Shown: positions 1-7,998, counted from the first letter of the stretch. The stretch is 12,566 nucleotides of DNA from an uncultured Chthonomonas sp. (GCA_903821495.1 CAIJLM010000217.1:1-12566); one strand, 5' to 3'. Program-made: numbers and translations. Notes: a model not told the origin generated them from the letters alone.

Positions 1-9
1 AGTAAAAAC

Positions 10-36
10 CGCGAAACACGCGAAACACGCGAAAAA
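10..36. repeat. Short tandem direct repeat at the window edge: two full copies of 'cgcgaaaca' plus a degenerate third 'cgcgaaaaaaa'
   Basis: Read directly: positions 10-18 and 19-27 are identical 9-mers, followed by cgcgaaaaaaa at 28-38. It touches the window edge, so the true extent is unknown. Confidence 0.4.
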
Positions 37-98
37 AATGCACCAAGCCCCAAACTTGGAACCACTCGCACAGGCTTCCCAATCTCAAACGACAAAAA

Positions 99-124
99 CG
101 CCTCTCCTTTGCGAAGGAGAGGCG
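99..124. other. GC-rich hairpin with an 11-bp stem (CGCCTCTCCTT / AAGGAGAGGCG) and a 4-nt loop (tgcg); an orphan terminator-like element
   Basis: Perfect inverted repeat read from the sequence. On the + strand it is preceded by AAAAA (94-98), so the - strand transcript would carry a U-tract after the stem. On the + strand it is followed by gggtgagg, with no U-tract. No - strand gene lies upstream of it within the window, so its role as a terminator is uncertain. Confidence 0.35.
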
Positions 125-290
125 GGGTGAGGTTAAGTGAAAATTCCCGTAACCCTGAACTCTTAACAATAGGCGCGTAGTTTTCTCCAAACACTTCGCA
201 TAGCGCTACCTACCGCGGTTCTGGTTAGGGTACACTAAAGGGAGTACGTCTCTTTTGACGGAAAGTTTAGGATAGGAGCCACGCGATTTT

Positions 291-3200
291 ATGTCCCGTA
301 AGTTCAAGTTCAACCCCTACGTATGGAGCGCTGTTGCGTTCTTAGCTATACTCGCATGGGCGGGCGCATCTAGCGCTACCACGCCGAACAAAACCCAAGC
401 GCAACTGGAACAGCAGTTCGTAAGCGTGGTCAAGCCATTTATGCAGACCTACTGCGTCTCCTGTCATGGCAAAACGAACCCGCAAGGGCAACTCGATATA
501 AGCGCGTTCACCAGCGTATCCGCAGTGACGAAAGGCTTTTCGCACTGGCTCCGAATAGAGGAGAAACTGACCGCCAAGCAGATGCCGCCGCCCAGTGTCG
601 CCAAACAGCCCTCAGCCAGTCAGCGGCAAGCGATAAGCGCATGGGTACGCGCTGTACGGCAGTACGAGGCTACCCGAAACGCGGGAGACCCGGGTCTCGT
701 GTTGGCGCGTCGCCTAAGCAACTCGGAGTACGACTACTCTATTCGCGACCTCACGGGCGTGGATATGCGCCCCACCAAAGAGTTCCCCATAGACCCCGCG
801 AATCAGGAGGGGTTTGACAACTCTGGCGAGTCTCTCACCTTCTCCTCCCCGCTTATGAAGAAGTATATGCAGGCGGCGACTAGCATTGCCGAGCGTATGG
901 CACTCACCTCGCGAGGTCTTGAGTTCGCCACCCATCCTATTCTCGCCGAAACGGATAGAGACAAGTACTGCATTCTGCGTATTGTGGATTTCTACAAACG
1001 CCAGCCGACAGACTTCGCGGACTACTTCCAAGCCGCGTGGCGGTATAAACATCGCGCTGAACTGGGCATTCCTAGCGTTACGTTGCAGACTATCGCCGCC
1101 GAAGCGAAAGTAAGCCTCCGCTATCTCGAACTGGTATGGAGCGTTCTTACCGCCCCTAGCGTGAAAGTGGGGCCCGTCGCAAAACTCCAGGAGGTTTGGA
1201 ACGGGCTACCCGCGCCGGAGAGAGGGCATCCTGACACCGCACGCGAGGGATGCGTCGCTCTGCGAGACTGGACGATAGGAATGCGTAAGCGACTGGCATG
1301 GAAGTTCGCGAACCTGCCCGTACCGGGAGGTTTCTCCGATGGCGGTCAGTGCTTCGTACTGTGGAAGGACAATCAGTACGCCTCCCATCGTAGGCAACTC
1401 TATCCAAACGCCCTACAGCCCGGCGGGACTCCTCCGACGACGGTTATCCCCTCCCGTAAGTTTGGCAATAGGACGCGCCCTGAACGCAAAATTACCGCCC
1501 AAGTAGATTCCGACCTCTATGTACCGCAAGATGAGACCGCAAAAGCGCCCTATCTGGAGTCGTTTAACCGCTTCTGCAACGTATTCCCTGATGCGTTTTA
1601 CATTGCGGAACGCGGACGTATGTTCGTAGACGACCCGGGCGATAAGGGGCGACTCCTCACTGCCGGGCTTCACAACTCAATGGGCTACTTCCGCGATGAC
1701 ACTCCGCTCATGGAGATGATACTGGACGAGAACGGGCGGAAGGATTTGAACCGCCTCTGGAGCGACTTCGACATGGTCGCCTTTGTGCCGGAGCGTATGC
1801 ACCTTGAGTTTTTCGTCTATGAACGCGCCGAAGCCGGAACCATGACCGACTCCGAGTTCAACTTCGCAAAAGCGGAGGATAAGGACGCTCTTTCGGATGT
1901 GAAAATCAAGAGACTCGCCGACCTGTACCTCGCAAAAGCGCGTAAAAATGGCGGCGAACCGATGGCGCTTCAGGCGATAGAAGACCACTTCAAGTGGGTC
2001 TCCAAAACTATTCGCGCAACTGAAAGGGCGCGTATCGCCGCAGAGCCTCTGCACCTGACAGCGCTTCTCGATTTCGCTCGCCGCGCATATCGCCGCCCCC
2101 TCTCTGTAGCCGAGCGAACCAACCTGCTGGCATTCTATAAGTCGCTACGTCAAAAGGACGGCTTGACCCACGAAGATGCCATTCGCGACTCCGTGGTCAG
2201 CGTTCTGATGTCGCCGAACTTTCTGTTTCGCCTCGACCTTGAGCCAACCGCCCCCGCCGTTGGCGTGAGGACTGCTTCGTTCACGCCGAACGCCGCTCCG
2301 CCTAGCGCTAACAGCGTACAACCGCTACCGGACTACGCCCTTGCGAGTCGCCTTAGTTATTTCCTCTGGTCTAGCATACCAGACGAAGAGCTGCTCTCTC
2401 ACGCCGCGGCGGGAGACCTACACCGCTCCGAAGTTCTCGTAGCGCAGGCGCGCAGAATGTTGCAGTCGCCTCGCGTTCGCGCTCTGGCGTTGGAGTTTGG
2501 CGGCAACTGGCTGGATTTCCGCCGGTTTGAAGAGCATAACGCGGTAGACAGGGAGCGATTCCCTAGTTTCAACGACGACCTGCGCGAAGCGATGTTTGAG
2601 GAGCCGCTACACTTTTTGATGGATACGTTTCAACAGAATCGCTCTGTGCTGGATATGCTCTACGGGAAGCGAACTTTCGTGAACGCGACTCTCGCCAAAC
2701 ACTACGGTATGAACGATGTTAAGACGAACGGGAGCGATTGGGTTCGCGTGGACAACGCAGACCGCTACGGGCGTGGCGGTATCCTCCCGATGGCTACTTT
2801 CCTGACCCAAAACTCTCCCGGACTACGCACCAGCCCTGTGAAGCGGGGCTACTGGGTTGTGCGCCGAGTATTGGGCGAGACTATTCCGCCGCCGCCCGCC
2901 ACCGTCCCTCAACTACCTAAAGATGAGAGCAAGATGGGCGACCTGACTCTCCGTCACGCCCTCGAACAGCACCGAGATAATCCCGCTTGCGCGGGATGTC
3001 ACGCTCGTTTTGACTCCTACGGTCTTGTTTTTGAAGGCTACGGGCCCATAGGCGAACAGCGCGAAAAAGACTTAGGCGGCAGATTAGTGGACGCAAAAGC
3101 CCCCTTCCCGGGCGGCGTAGAGCGAACTGGCGTGTCAGGGTTACAAGATTTCATCCGGCATAGCCGACAGAAAGATTTTCTCGACACTTTTTGCCGCAAG

Positions 3201-3374
3201 ATGTTGTCTTATGCACTAGGGCGCACCCTCCATATTTCGGACGAATCCACTCTACAAGAGATGCAACAACGACTGGTCGCGGGAGACTACCGATTTGGAA
3301 CCCTCGTGGATACGATAGTCTCTAGCCGACAGTTCCGCTACCGACGCGCATCGGCTACTTTAGCGAAGGAATAA
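291..3374 (+). CDS. Secreted PSCyt1 / DUF1592-family protein: a planctomycete-type cytochrome-c-like domain protein carrying the DUF1587/1592/1595/1588/1585 module set
   Basis: - ATG at 291, preceded by a TAGGAG Shine-Dalgarno (SD) sequence.
- The N-terminal signal peptide reads MSRKFKFNPYVWSAVAFLAILAWAGASSA.
- A CxxCH heme-binding motif CVSCH lies at aa 55-59 (nt 453-467), inside a PSCyt1-like block FMQTYCVSCHGKTNPQGQLDISAF.
- A second CxxCH (CAGCH) lies at aa 900-904 (nt 2988-3002), in the C-terminal DUF1585/1588-like block NPACAGCHARFDSYGLVFEGYGPIGEQRE.
- The 1027-aa length and the conserved blocks are typical of the DUF1592 family, which is normally paired with DUF1552. Confidence 0.85.
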   Translation: MSRKFKFNPYVWSAVAFLAILAWAGASSATTPNKTQAQLEQQFVSVVKPFMQTYCVSCHGKTNPQGQLDISAFTSVSAVTKGFSHWLRIEEKLTAKQMPPPSVAKQPSASQRQAISAWVRAVRQYEATRNAGDPGLVLARRLSNSEYDYSIRDLTGVDMRPTKEFPIDPANQEGFDNSGESLTFSSPLMKKYMQAATSIAERMALTSRGLEFATHPILAETDRDKYCILRIVDFYKRQPTDFADYFQAAWRYKHRAELGIPSVTLQTIAAEAKVSLRYLELVWSVLTAPSVKVGPVAKLQEVWNGLPAPERGHPDTAREGCVALRDWTIGMRKRLAWKFANLPVPGGFSDGGQCFVLWKDNQYASHRRQLYPNALQPGGTPPTTVIPSRKFGNRTRPERKITAQVDSDLYVPQDETAKAPYLESFNRFCNVFPDAFYIAERGRMFVDDPGDKGRLLTAGLHNSMGYFRDDTPLMEMILDENGRKDLNRLWSDFDMVAFVPERMHLEFFVYERAEAGTMTDSEFNFAKAEDKDALSDVKIKRLADLYLAKARKNGGEPMALQAIEDHFKWVSKTIRATERARIAAEPLHLTALLDFARRAYRRPLSVAERTNLLAFYKSLRQKDGLTHEDAIRDSVVSVLMSPNFLFRLDLEPTAPAVGVRTASFTPNAAPPSANSVQPLPDYALASRLSYFLWSSIPDEELLSHAAAGDLHRSEVLVAQARRMLQSPRVRALALEFGGNWLDFRRFEEHNAVDRERFPSFNDDLREAMFEEPLHFLMDTFQQNRSVLDMLYGKRTFVNATLAKHYGMNDVKTNGSDWVRVDNADRYGRGGILPMATFLTQNSPGLRTSPVKRGYWVVRRVLGETIPPPPATVPQLPKDESKMGDLTLRHALEQHRDNPACAGCHARFDSYGLVFEGYGPIGEQREKDLGGRLVDAKAPFPGGVERTGVSGLQDFIRHSRQKDFLDTFCRKMLSYALGRTLHISDESTLQEMQQRLVAGDYRFGTLVDTIVSSRQFRYRRASATLAKE

Positions 3375-3381
3375 ACACCTC

Positions 3382-4725
3382 ATGTCAAATCAAGATACGA
3401 AGCCTACTCAACCGCTCTCTCGTCGTGTGTTTCTGCACGGCGCGGGCGTGGTCATGGGCTTGCCACTGCTCGAATCCGTCTCCGCTCAAGCGGCGCGGGC
3501 TGAGGGTTCTAAAACCTCTGCCACGCCCCCCAAGCGCTTTATCGTTCAGTTTATGGGAACGGGCATTAGCCCCGGACGCTGGTGGGCGAAGGGCGAAGGC
3601 GCGGGAATGGAGTTGAGTCCAAGTCTGCAACCTCTTGAACCGTTCAAAACCAAACTTAACGTCATCAACGGGCTTTACAATCGACCCTCTACGGGAGTAG
3701 GAATCCACCCCGGCATGACGGGCAACATCCTCTCAGGAATGCCGCTCACACGCGGAGCCGTTCTGCATGGAGGCGTTAGCGTAGACCAGTTGCTGGCGGC
3801 GCGTATCGGGCAGGATGCGATGCAACCGAGCCTCGTTCTGGCGTGCGAACAGCCGTTGACTGGCTATCACGAGTCGAACTTCTCGATGGCGTATAGTAGC
3901 CACATCTCTTGGCAAAGCCCAGATTCGCCCGTCCCCACTGAGGTGTACCCGTCCCTCGCATTCGATAGCCTCTTTGAGAACAGCGGTAGCCGCCGTATGG
4001 AGAGTATTCTTGACCGTGTAAAGGACGACGCGGCGGGGCTTCGACGTCGTATTAGCAGGGACGACCGTGCTAAACTAGACGAGTATCTGACGAGCGTTCG
4101 CGATGTGGAACAACGCGCCCAGAAGATGCGCGGCGATATGGGCAAAGCCTCCGCCAGCGCGAAAGATAGGAGCAAGGCGCTTATAGCGATGAAGCGTCCG
4201 GACAACGGTCTGCCTGAAGATATTCGCGACCACATGAGGCTGATGTGCGATGTCGTGGCTCTAGCGATTCAGACCGACAAGACCCGTATCGCCACTATGC
4301 TGATGTGCCGCGACCTCTCCGGTCTCTTCTATCCCTTCTTGAACGTGAGAGACGCGCACCACCTCGCCTCGCACCGCGACACCTCTGAAGACTATCAGCG
4401 CATCACGCATTTCTACGTCAGCCAACTCGCCTATCTTGCAGGGAAATTGGACGCGATGAGAGAGGGGGAGGGGACGGTTCTGGATAGTACGTGCCTACTG
4501 TGGCTCTCGAATATGTTCTCCGGCTCTAACCACGACAACTCTACGCTCCCCGTTCTTACGCTTGGGGGCTTGAAAGGGACACTACAGACAGGGCGCGTGC
4601 TGAACTATCGCGAGAAGGGCGACGAGAACCGCAAACTGTGTAGCCTCTACCTCTCGCTGATGGACAGGATGGGCGTGCAGGTAGCGCGGTTTGGGGACGC
4701 GGATGCGCGGCTTGCAGGGTTCTAA
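3382..4725 (+). CDS. DUF1552-family protein with a twin-arginine (Tat) signal peptide; partner of the upstream DUF1592 protein
   Basis: - The ATG at 3382 lies 7 nt after the upstream stop, with a GAAGGA SD overlapping the end of the previous gene, so the two are translationally coupled.
- The N-terminus SRRVFLHGAGVVMGLPLLESVSAQAARA contains a Tat motif (S-R-R-x-F-L).
- The 447-aa length and the adjacency to a DUF1592 gene match the canonical DUF1592-DUF1552 pair. Confidence 0.8.
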   Translation: MSNQDTKPTQPLSRRVFLHGAGVVMGLPLLESVSAQAARAEGSKTSATPPKRFIVQFMGTGISPGRWWAKGEGAGMELSPSLQPLEPFKTKLNVINGLYNRPSTGVGIHPGMTGNILSGMPLTRGAVLHGGVSVDQLLAARIGQDAMQPSLVLACEQPLTGYHESNFSMAYSSHISWQSPDSPVPTEVYPSLAFDSLFENSGSRRMESILDRVKDDAAGLRRRISRDDRAKLDEYLTSVRDVEQRAQKMRGDMGKASASAKDRSKALIAMKRPDNGLPEDIRDHMRLMCDVVALAIQTDKTRIATMLMCRDLSGLFYPFLNVRDAHHLASHRDTSEDYQRITHFYVSQLAYLAGKLDAMREGEGTVLDSTCLLWLSNMFSGSNHDNSTLPVLTLGGLKGTLQTGRVLNYREKGDENRKLCSLYLSLMDRMGVQVARFGDADARLAGF

Positions 4726-4750
4726 CGCAGGTTTTATGTGCAATAGGATT

Positions 4751-4794
4751 ATAGGGCGCGGTCAGAAAACTCTGACCGCGCCCTATATTTTGTC
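4751..4794 (+). terminator. Rho-independent terminator downstream of the DUF1552 gene; a 16-bp perfect stem
   Basis: ATAGGGCGCGGTCAGA (4751-4766), loop aaac, TCTGACCGCGCCCTAT (4771-4786), then ATTTTGTC on the + strand. It sits between convergent genes at 3382-4725 (+) and 4865-5530 (-). The - strand side lacks a clear U-tract (it reads AATCCTATTGCACATAAAA). Confidence 0.65.
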
Positions 4795-4864
4795 AACTTA
4801 TACAGCCCTGCACCTTCCGCTACATTTACGCTACGATAACGAGTAGATAGGGGCGGGGGCGAGT

Positions 4865-5530
4865 TCACTCATCAAAGGATTCTGCGAAGGGGTCTATTGC
4901 AGTCATTCGGCGAACCCGCTCCACAAAGGCGGAATCGTAAGGGGAGAGGCTACCTGCGCTTCGATAGTGGTTTAGGGCTTGACGTTCGTAGCCAAGCCGT
5001 ATGTAGATGTCGCCTAGCAGGGAGTGGTAGGAGGCGCTGTCTGGGCGTAGCGTGACGGCATGGCGCAACGCCTCTGCGGAGTCTTGTAGTCGATTACCCT
5101 GTAAGCAGAGTATCGCCAACCGCATACTGTAGTAGGCGTTTTCTGGCGCGAGAAAAACCGCGTGTTGGAGGGCTTCAATAGCTTCGTGCAAACGCCCCAA
5201 GCGGGAGTAGAAGTCGCCTAGCCAAAAGTGATAGAACTGGTTTTCAGGGGCGAGGCTTCGCGCCTTCTCTAGCTCCAAGGTGGCGTAGGCTGTCAGTCCT
5301 AGAGCGGCGTAACACTCGCCCAGTCGGTAGTGGTAGTGCGCGTTCTCAGGATCCGCCTCTACCGACATAAGGTATTTGGTGAGGGCGGTATGAAGTCGCC
5401 CTAGTTTGCGGTAGTACTCGGCGCGATTGAAGTAGGATGCCGAACGAGCGGGGTTGACCTTGGGCGGCTTGCGCTGAACGGGAGGTTTGGGTTTGGGGAT
5501 GGGTTGTTCTAATGTCTCTTGTAAGTTCAC
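4865..5530 (-). CDS. Tetratricopeptide-repeat (TPR) protein with a Pro/Lys-rich N-terminal segment
   Basis: It has a GTG start at 5530, the only start in frame. Repeated TPR-like 34-aa units carry the A/G/Y/L pattern, for example YYRKLGRLHTALTKYLMSVEADPENAHYHYRLGECYAALG and FYHFWLGDFYSRLGRLHEAIEALQHAVFLAPENAYY. The N-terminus reads PIPKPKPPVQRKPPKVNP. Confidence 0.75.
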   Translation of the reverse strand: MNLQETLEQPIPKPKPPVQRKPPKVNPARSASYFNRAEYYRKLGRLHTALTKYLMSVEADPENAHYHYRLGECYAALGLTAYATLELEKARSLAPENQFYHFWLGDFYSRLGRLHEAIEALQHAVFLAPENAYYSMRLAILCLQGNRLQDSAEALRHAVTLRPDSASYHSLLGDIYIRLGYERQALNHYRSAGSLSPYDSAFVERVRRMTAIDPFAESFDE

Positions 5531-5567
5531 GCGTGTCGCCTTATATCCGAAAAGATGTCTAACTCAT

Positions 5568-5596
5568 ATTAAACCCAATTCCGCGCCGAATGTCAA
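5568..5596 (-). promoter_or_regulatory. Candidate sigma70-like promoter for the TPR gene
   Basis: On the - strand there is TTGACA (5596..5591), a 17-nt spacer, then TTTAAT (5573..5568), about 35-40 nt upstream of the GTG start at 5530. This is a hexamer match only, and the host's promoter consensus is unknown. Confidence 0.25.
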
Positions 5597-5633
5597 TAGG
5601 CGATTTGCTTTCGGAATGACACAGAAGCAAACG

Positions 5634-5665
5634 AAAAGGAGAGGAGTGTTTTCTCCTCTCCTTTT
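5634..5665 (-). terminator. Rho-independent terminator downstream of the flotillin gene; a 13-bp stem that could act bidirectionally
   Basis: AAAAGGAGAGGAG (5634-5646), loop tgtttt, CTCCTCTCCTTTT (5653-5665). On the - strand the stem is followed by TTTTCGTTTGCTTCTG, and it lies 23 nt after the floT stop at 5688. On the + strand it is followed by ATCGTATTTGC. Confidence 0.6.
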
Positions 5666-5687
5666 ATCGTATTTGCACTACGTTCGT

Positions 5688-7040
5688 TTAGCGAGTCTGG
5701 CGCGTGGTCGGCGCTTGAGGCGGCGCCAAGTTCGGCTTAGGCGCGGCGATACTTAGCGCGGGGGCAGGAGTGTCGCTCTCTTTTGCGCCCGAATTTCCGA
5801 AGCCGCTGTCCGAAATTATCTTCGCCGCAAGGAGGGTCTGCACGACGCGCTGAACGTCGTCGGAACCCGTAGCCGCCGCGCTCTGTCCGCCGCCGCCCGT
5901 CGAACCGAAGTTGACGAACTGCCCGCGTCCTAGCGCCGCCGCGATTTCGCGGGTGATTTCGGGGGTGAGTTCCAGCCTTCTCAACTCAAGGTAGGCATCG
6001 CCTGTGTCGCGTAGGGCTTCGGTTTTCTTGCGAATCGCCGCCGCTTCCGCCTCCGCCACTGCGATAATACGCGCCGCCTGAGCGCGACCCTCCGCCTCTT
6101 GCTTAATAACGGTCTGCTCTGCGTCGGCGCGGGCTTGGGTTATCTGCGTGGCGTTCAACTCCGCCTCGCGCTGTCCGCGCACTGCTGTTTGCCGCTCCAT
6201 TTCGGCGCGTGCGATAGAGGCTCCGTTGGAGGCTATCTGCATCTGCAAGGCGCGCTCTTGGTCGTTCACTTTCTGTTGGGCTTCCAGCTGTGCAATACGC
6301 GAACGCTGCTCCTCTTGCGCCTGCACTACATCTGCGCTCGCTTTCGCTCTCGCCGCAGATTCTCGTCGCCGCGCATCCGCGACTTCGCTGAGAACGCCTT
6401 TGATGTTAAGGCTGTTGAAAATAAGCCCCAAATCCATCAACTCGCGTGAACACGCCTCTTTGATGATGACCGATAGCTCGTCGTCCTCGCCACGCTGGTC
6501 AATGAGGGCTCTCCCGCCCATATTGGGAAGCGGAATAGGCGCAATTTGCGGGACAGGAGGGGTGACGGGACGTGCATTAAACAGCTGGTCGTGGCGGAGC
6601 AGGTTGGTGGCGCGTCGTCCCGCCGAAGAGAGAACATCGGTGAGCGTTGACAACTGCTCTGACTGCGTTTTAGAGAAGAATTTATTCGCCGCCGTGTTGA
6701 CCATCGCTTCGCTCTCGCCTACGCTTACAATGGCTGAGGCTTTGACCGTCACCTTTACGGGGGCGAGTCTTCCCTGTGCGTCAATATCCGCCGTCTGGTC
6801 GGTTATCTCAATGTCTACGTTTATCGCCTGTGAAGGGATAACGCGCACCTGATTGAAGACGGGGACGACGAACGCTTTACAAGGTCCTCGATAGGTCGAA
6901 CGCTTCCCGCCTAACGAACTCACCAGTAGAATCTCGCCAGCATCTACGCTTCGTAGAAATGTGACGAGTATCATACCGATAAGAAGCAACGCCCCAAAGA
7001 CGCTTGCAACTACTAGAACAATAGGATCCATTTTAGTCAC
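5688..7040 (-). CDS. floT: Flotillin-like SPFH/band-7 domain membrane protein
   Basis: - An N-terminal transmembrane helix (PIVLVVASVFGALLLIGMILVTF) is followed by an SPFH-like beta-rich domain.
- A long Ala/Glu/Gln-rich coiled coil with flotillin-type EA repeats follows (AVAEAEAAAIRKKTEALRDTGDAYLELRRLELTPEI).
- The protein ends in a Gly/Pro-rich tail.
- The ORF track starts at the GTG at 7040. An in-frame ATG at 7031 has a better SD (AAGGTGACTAAAATG) and is the more likely start.
- An NfeD-like gene lies immediately upstream, the classic arrangement seen in B. subtilis yuaF-floT and E. coli yqiJ-yqiK. Confidence 0.85.
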   Translation of the reverse strand: MTKMDPIVLVVASVFGALLLIGMILVTFLRSVDAGEILLVSSLGGKRSTYRGPCKAFVVPVFNQVRVIPSQAINVDIEITDQTADIDAQGRLAPVKVTVKASAIVSVGESEAMVNTAANKFFSKTQSEQLSTLTDVLSSAGRRATNLLRHDQLFNARPVTPPVPQIAPIPLPNMGGRALIDQRGEDDELSVIIKEACSRELMDLGLIFNSLNIKGVLSEVADARRRESAARAKASADVVQAQEEQRSRIAQLEAQQKVNDQERALQMQIASNGASIARAEMERQTAVRGQREAELNATQITQARADAEQTVIKQEAEGRAQAARIIAVAEAEAAAIRKKTEALRDTGDAYLELRRLELTPEITREIAAALGRGQFVNFGSTGGGGQSAAATGSDDVQRVVQTLLAAKIISDSGFGNSGAKESDTPAPALSIAAPKPNLAPPQAPTTRQTR

Positions 7041-7124
7041 CTTTGCGTGGTTTCGAGGTTGCCACGCGCCTCACAAAGTGGGAGGTAGTCATTCGTCGAC
7101 GCTCCCGAATGCGCTCAGTTCGCC

Positions 7125-7751
7125 TTACTCTAGTCTTACGGTAAGGCGCTCTTTTTCTGTATTCACCTCTTCAATCCGTAGCTTTGTCCCTACGCTGATA
7201 GGGATGTTCGCCTGTTCTGGAGACAACTGCGCCAGAAACTGCACCTCCCGCTCGTCGTGTATCACTTTTACCATCCCTTTGCCATTGGTAAAGTGGGATA
7301 CCGCTTCCGCCTCCTTTAAGAGTAGGCTCTGCATAGGTTGGGCGGGTTCCGCCGCAAAACCTATTAAGAGGTTCCACAGGGGAGTCGCGACGCAACGCTC
7401 AATGAGATAGGCGGGGAGTGTGGCGAGTAACGCAGAGATGCCCATTGTCAGATGAAAATACTGTTGAAATAGGTTCCCGAACGCCCCATAGAAGGTGAGT
7501 AGGCTGAAGAGAGTGCGCGGGGAGGGGAGTAGCCCCAAGAACGCGCCTGTACCCGCATCGCCCTGCTGTCCATGCGGGGCGGGGACGGTGTGCGTGTGGG
7601 GCGCAGTGGTAGGCGCGTGACCTGCGTGCGGGGCGATGTGCCCGGCATGGCTGGCTCCGTGTCCTATCTGTGCATGATGCCCAAACGCTGGTATCGCCAT
7701 AAATACTAATCCCGCCAACCCTATGACGAGTAGGGTGATAAAGACCGACAT
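7125..7751 (-). CDS. NfeD-like membrane protein (short NfeD with a C-terminal OB-fold) carrying an internal His-rich loop; flotillin partner
   Basis: - There is an N-terminal TM helix (VFITLLVIGLAGLVFMAIPAF).
- A His-rich tract follows: GHHAQIGHGASHAGHIAPHAGHAPTTAPHTHTVPAPHG.
- Then come further hydrophobic helices.
- The C-terminal beta-rich segment is NfeD OB-fold-like (GKGMVKVIHDEREVQFLAQL...VGTKLRIEEVNTEKERLTVRLE).
- The TAA stop at 7125-7127 lies about 85-95 nt upstream of the flotillin start, so the two probably form an operon. Confidence 0.6.
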   Translation of the reverse strand: MSVFITLLVIGLAGLVFMAIPAFGHHAQIGHGASHAGHIAPHAGHAPTTAPHTHTVPAPHGQQGDAGTGAFLGLLPSPRTLFSLLTFYGAFGNLFQQYFHLTMGISALLATLPAYLIERCVATPLWNLLIGFAAEPAQPMQSLLLKEAEAVSHFTNGKGMVKVIHDEREVQFLAQLSPEQANIPISVGTKLRIEEVNTEKERLTVRLE

Positions 7752-7826
7752 CGTTCTTTTCTCCCAAAAATCTCAGAAAAACCCTCCGAGAGCGGGGTGA
7801 GGAGTACCGTATATCTACCCTCACTC

Positions 7827-7832
7827 TATTAT
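7827..7832 (-). promoter_or_regulatory. Candidate -10 element (a perfect TATAAT on the - strand) for the nfeD-floT operon, inside an AT-rich intergenic stretch
   Basis: Plus-strand attata at 7827-7832 reads TATAAT on the - strand, about 75 nt upstream of the nfeD ATG (7751). No well-spaced -35 was found: a TTGATT sits only 7 nt upstream. The region 7840-7930 is clearly more AT-rich than its surroundings. Confidence 0.2.
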
Positions 7833-7998
7833 ACTTCTGCAATCAAGATTAGGCTTCAAAATCTTCAGTATGCAATACGGATATTTTTAGCAAATATCGG
7901 GTAATCATGCTATCAGTTGCAACTATGCGAGTAGTTCGTTCGGATGACATTCGGCTTTTAACTTCCTATACTGCACGGCGCAATAGCGGGCGCGCCTT

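Noticed and set aside
5487-5756. 89-aa + strand ORF spanning the TPR start, the intergenic terminator hairpin and the flotillin 3' end
   Set aside because: It crosses a terminator hairpin and two opposite-strand genes. Its Arg-rich composition and lack of an SD make it a spurious ORF.
6099-6852. Long + strand ORFs (116 and 234 aa) antisense to the flotillin gene
   Set aside because: Their amino-acid composition is dominated by Arg/Ser/Ala/Cys, which is typical of an off-frame reading of high-GC DNA. They lack an SD and lie entirely inside a well-supported - strand gene with strong family signatures.
122-7801. The 11-mer gcggggtgagg (15 nt with one indel) is shared between 122-132 and 7791-7801, both in upstream regions
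   Set aside because: Several to many exact 11-mer coincidences are expected by chance in 12.6 kb. The orientation relative to the downstream genes is opposite in the two cases. I do not consider it significant without genome-wide enrichment.
7399-7842. 147-aa - strand ORF overlapping nfeD in another frame and extending into the AT-rich promoter region
   Set aside because: It is Arg/Pro/His-rich low-complexity translation of the GC-rich His-tract coding DNA in the wrong frame. It overlaps the better-supported NfeD frame, which has TM helices and an OB-fold.
7977-7998. GGCGCGCC palindrome and a short GGCGC...GCGCC inverted repeat just after the DHFR-like stop; a possible terminator
   Set aside because: The stem is only 5 bp with a 10-nt loop, and no U-tract follows on the - strand, so it is not convincing as an intrinsic terminator.
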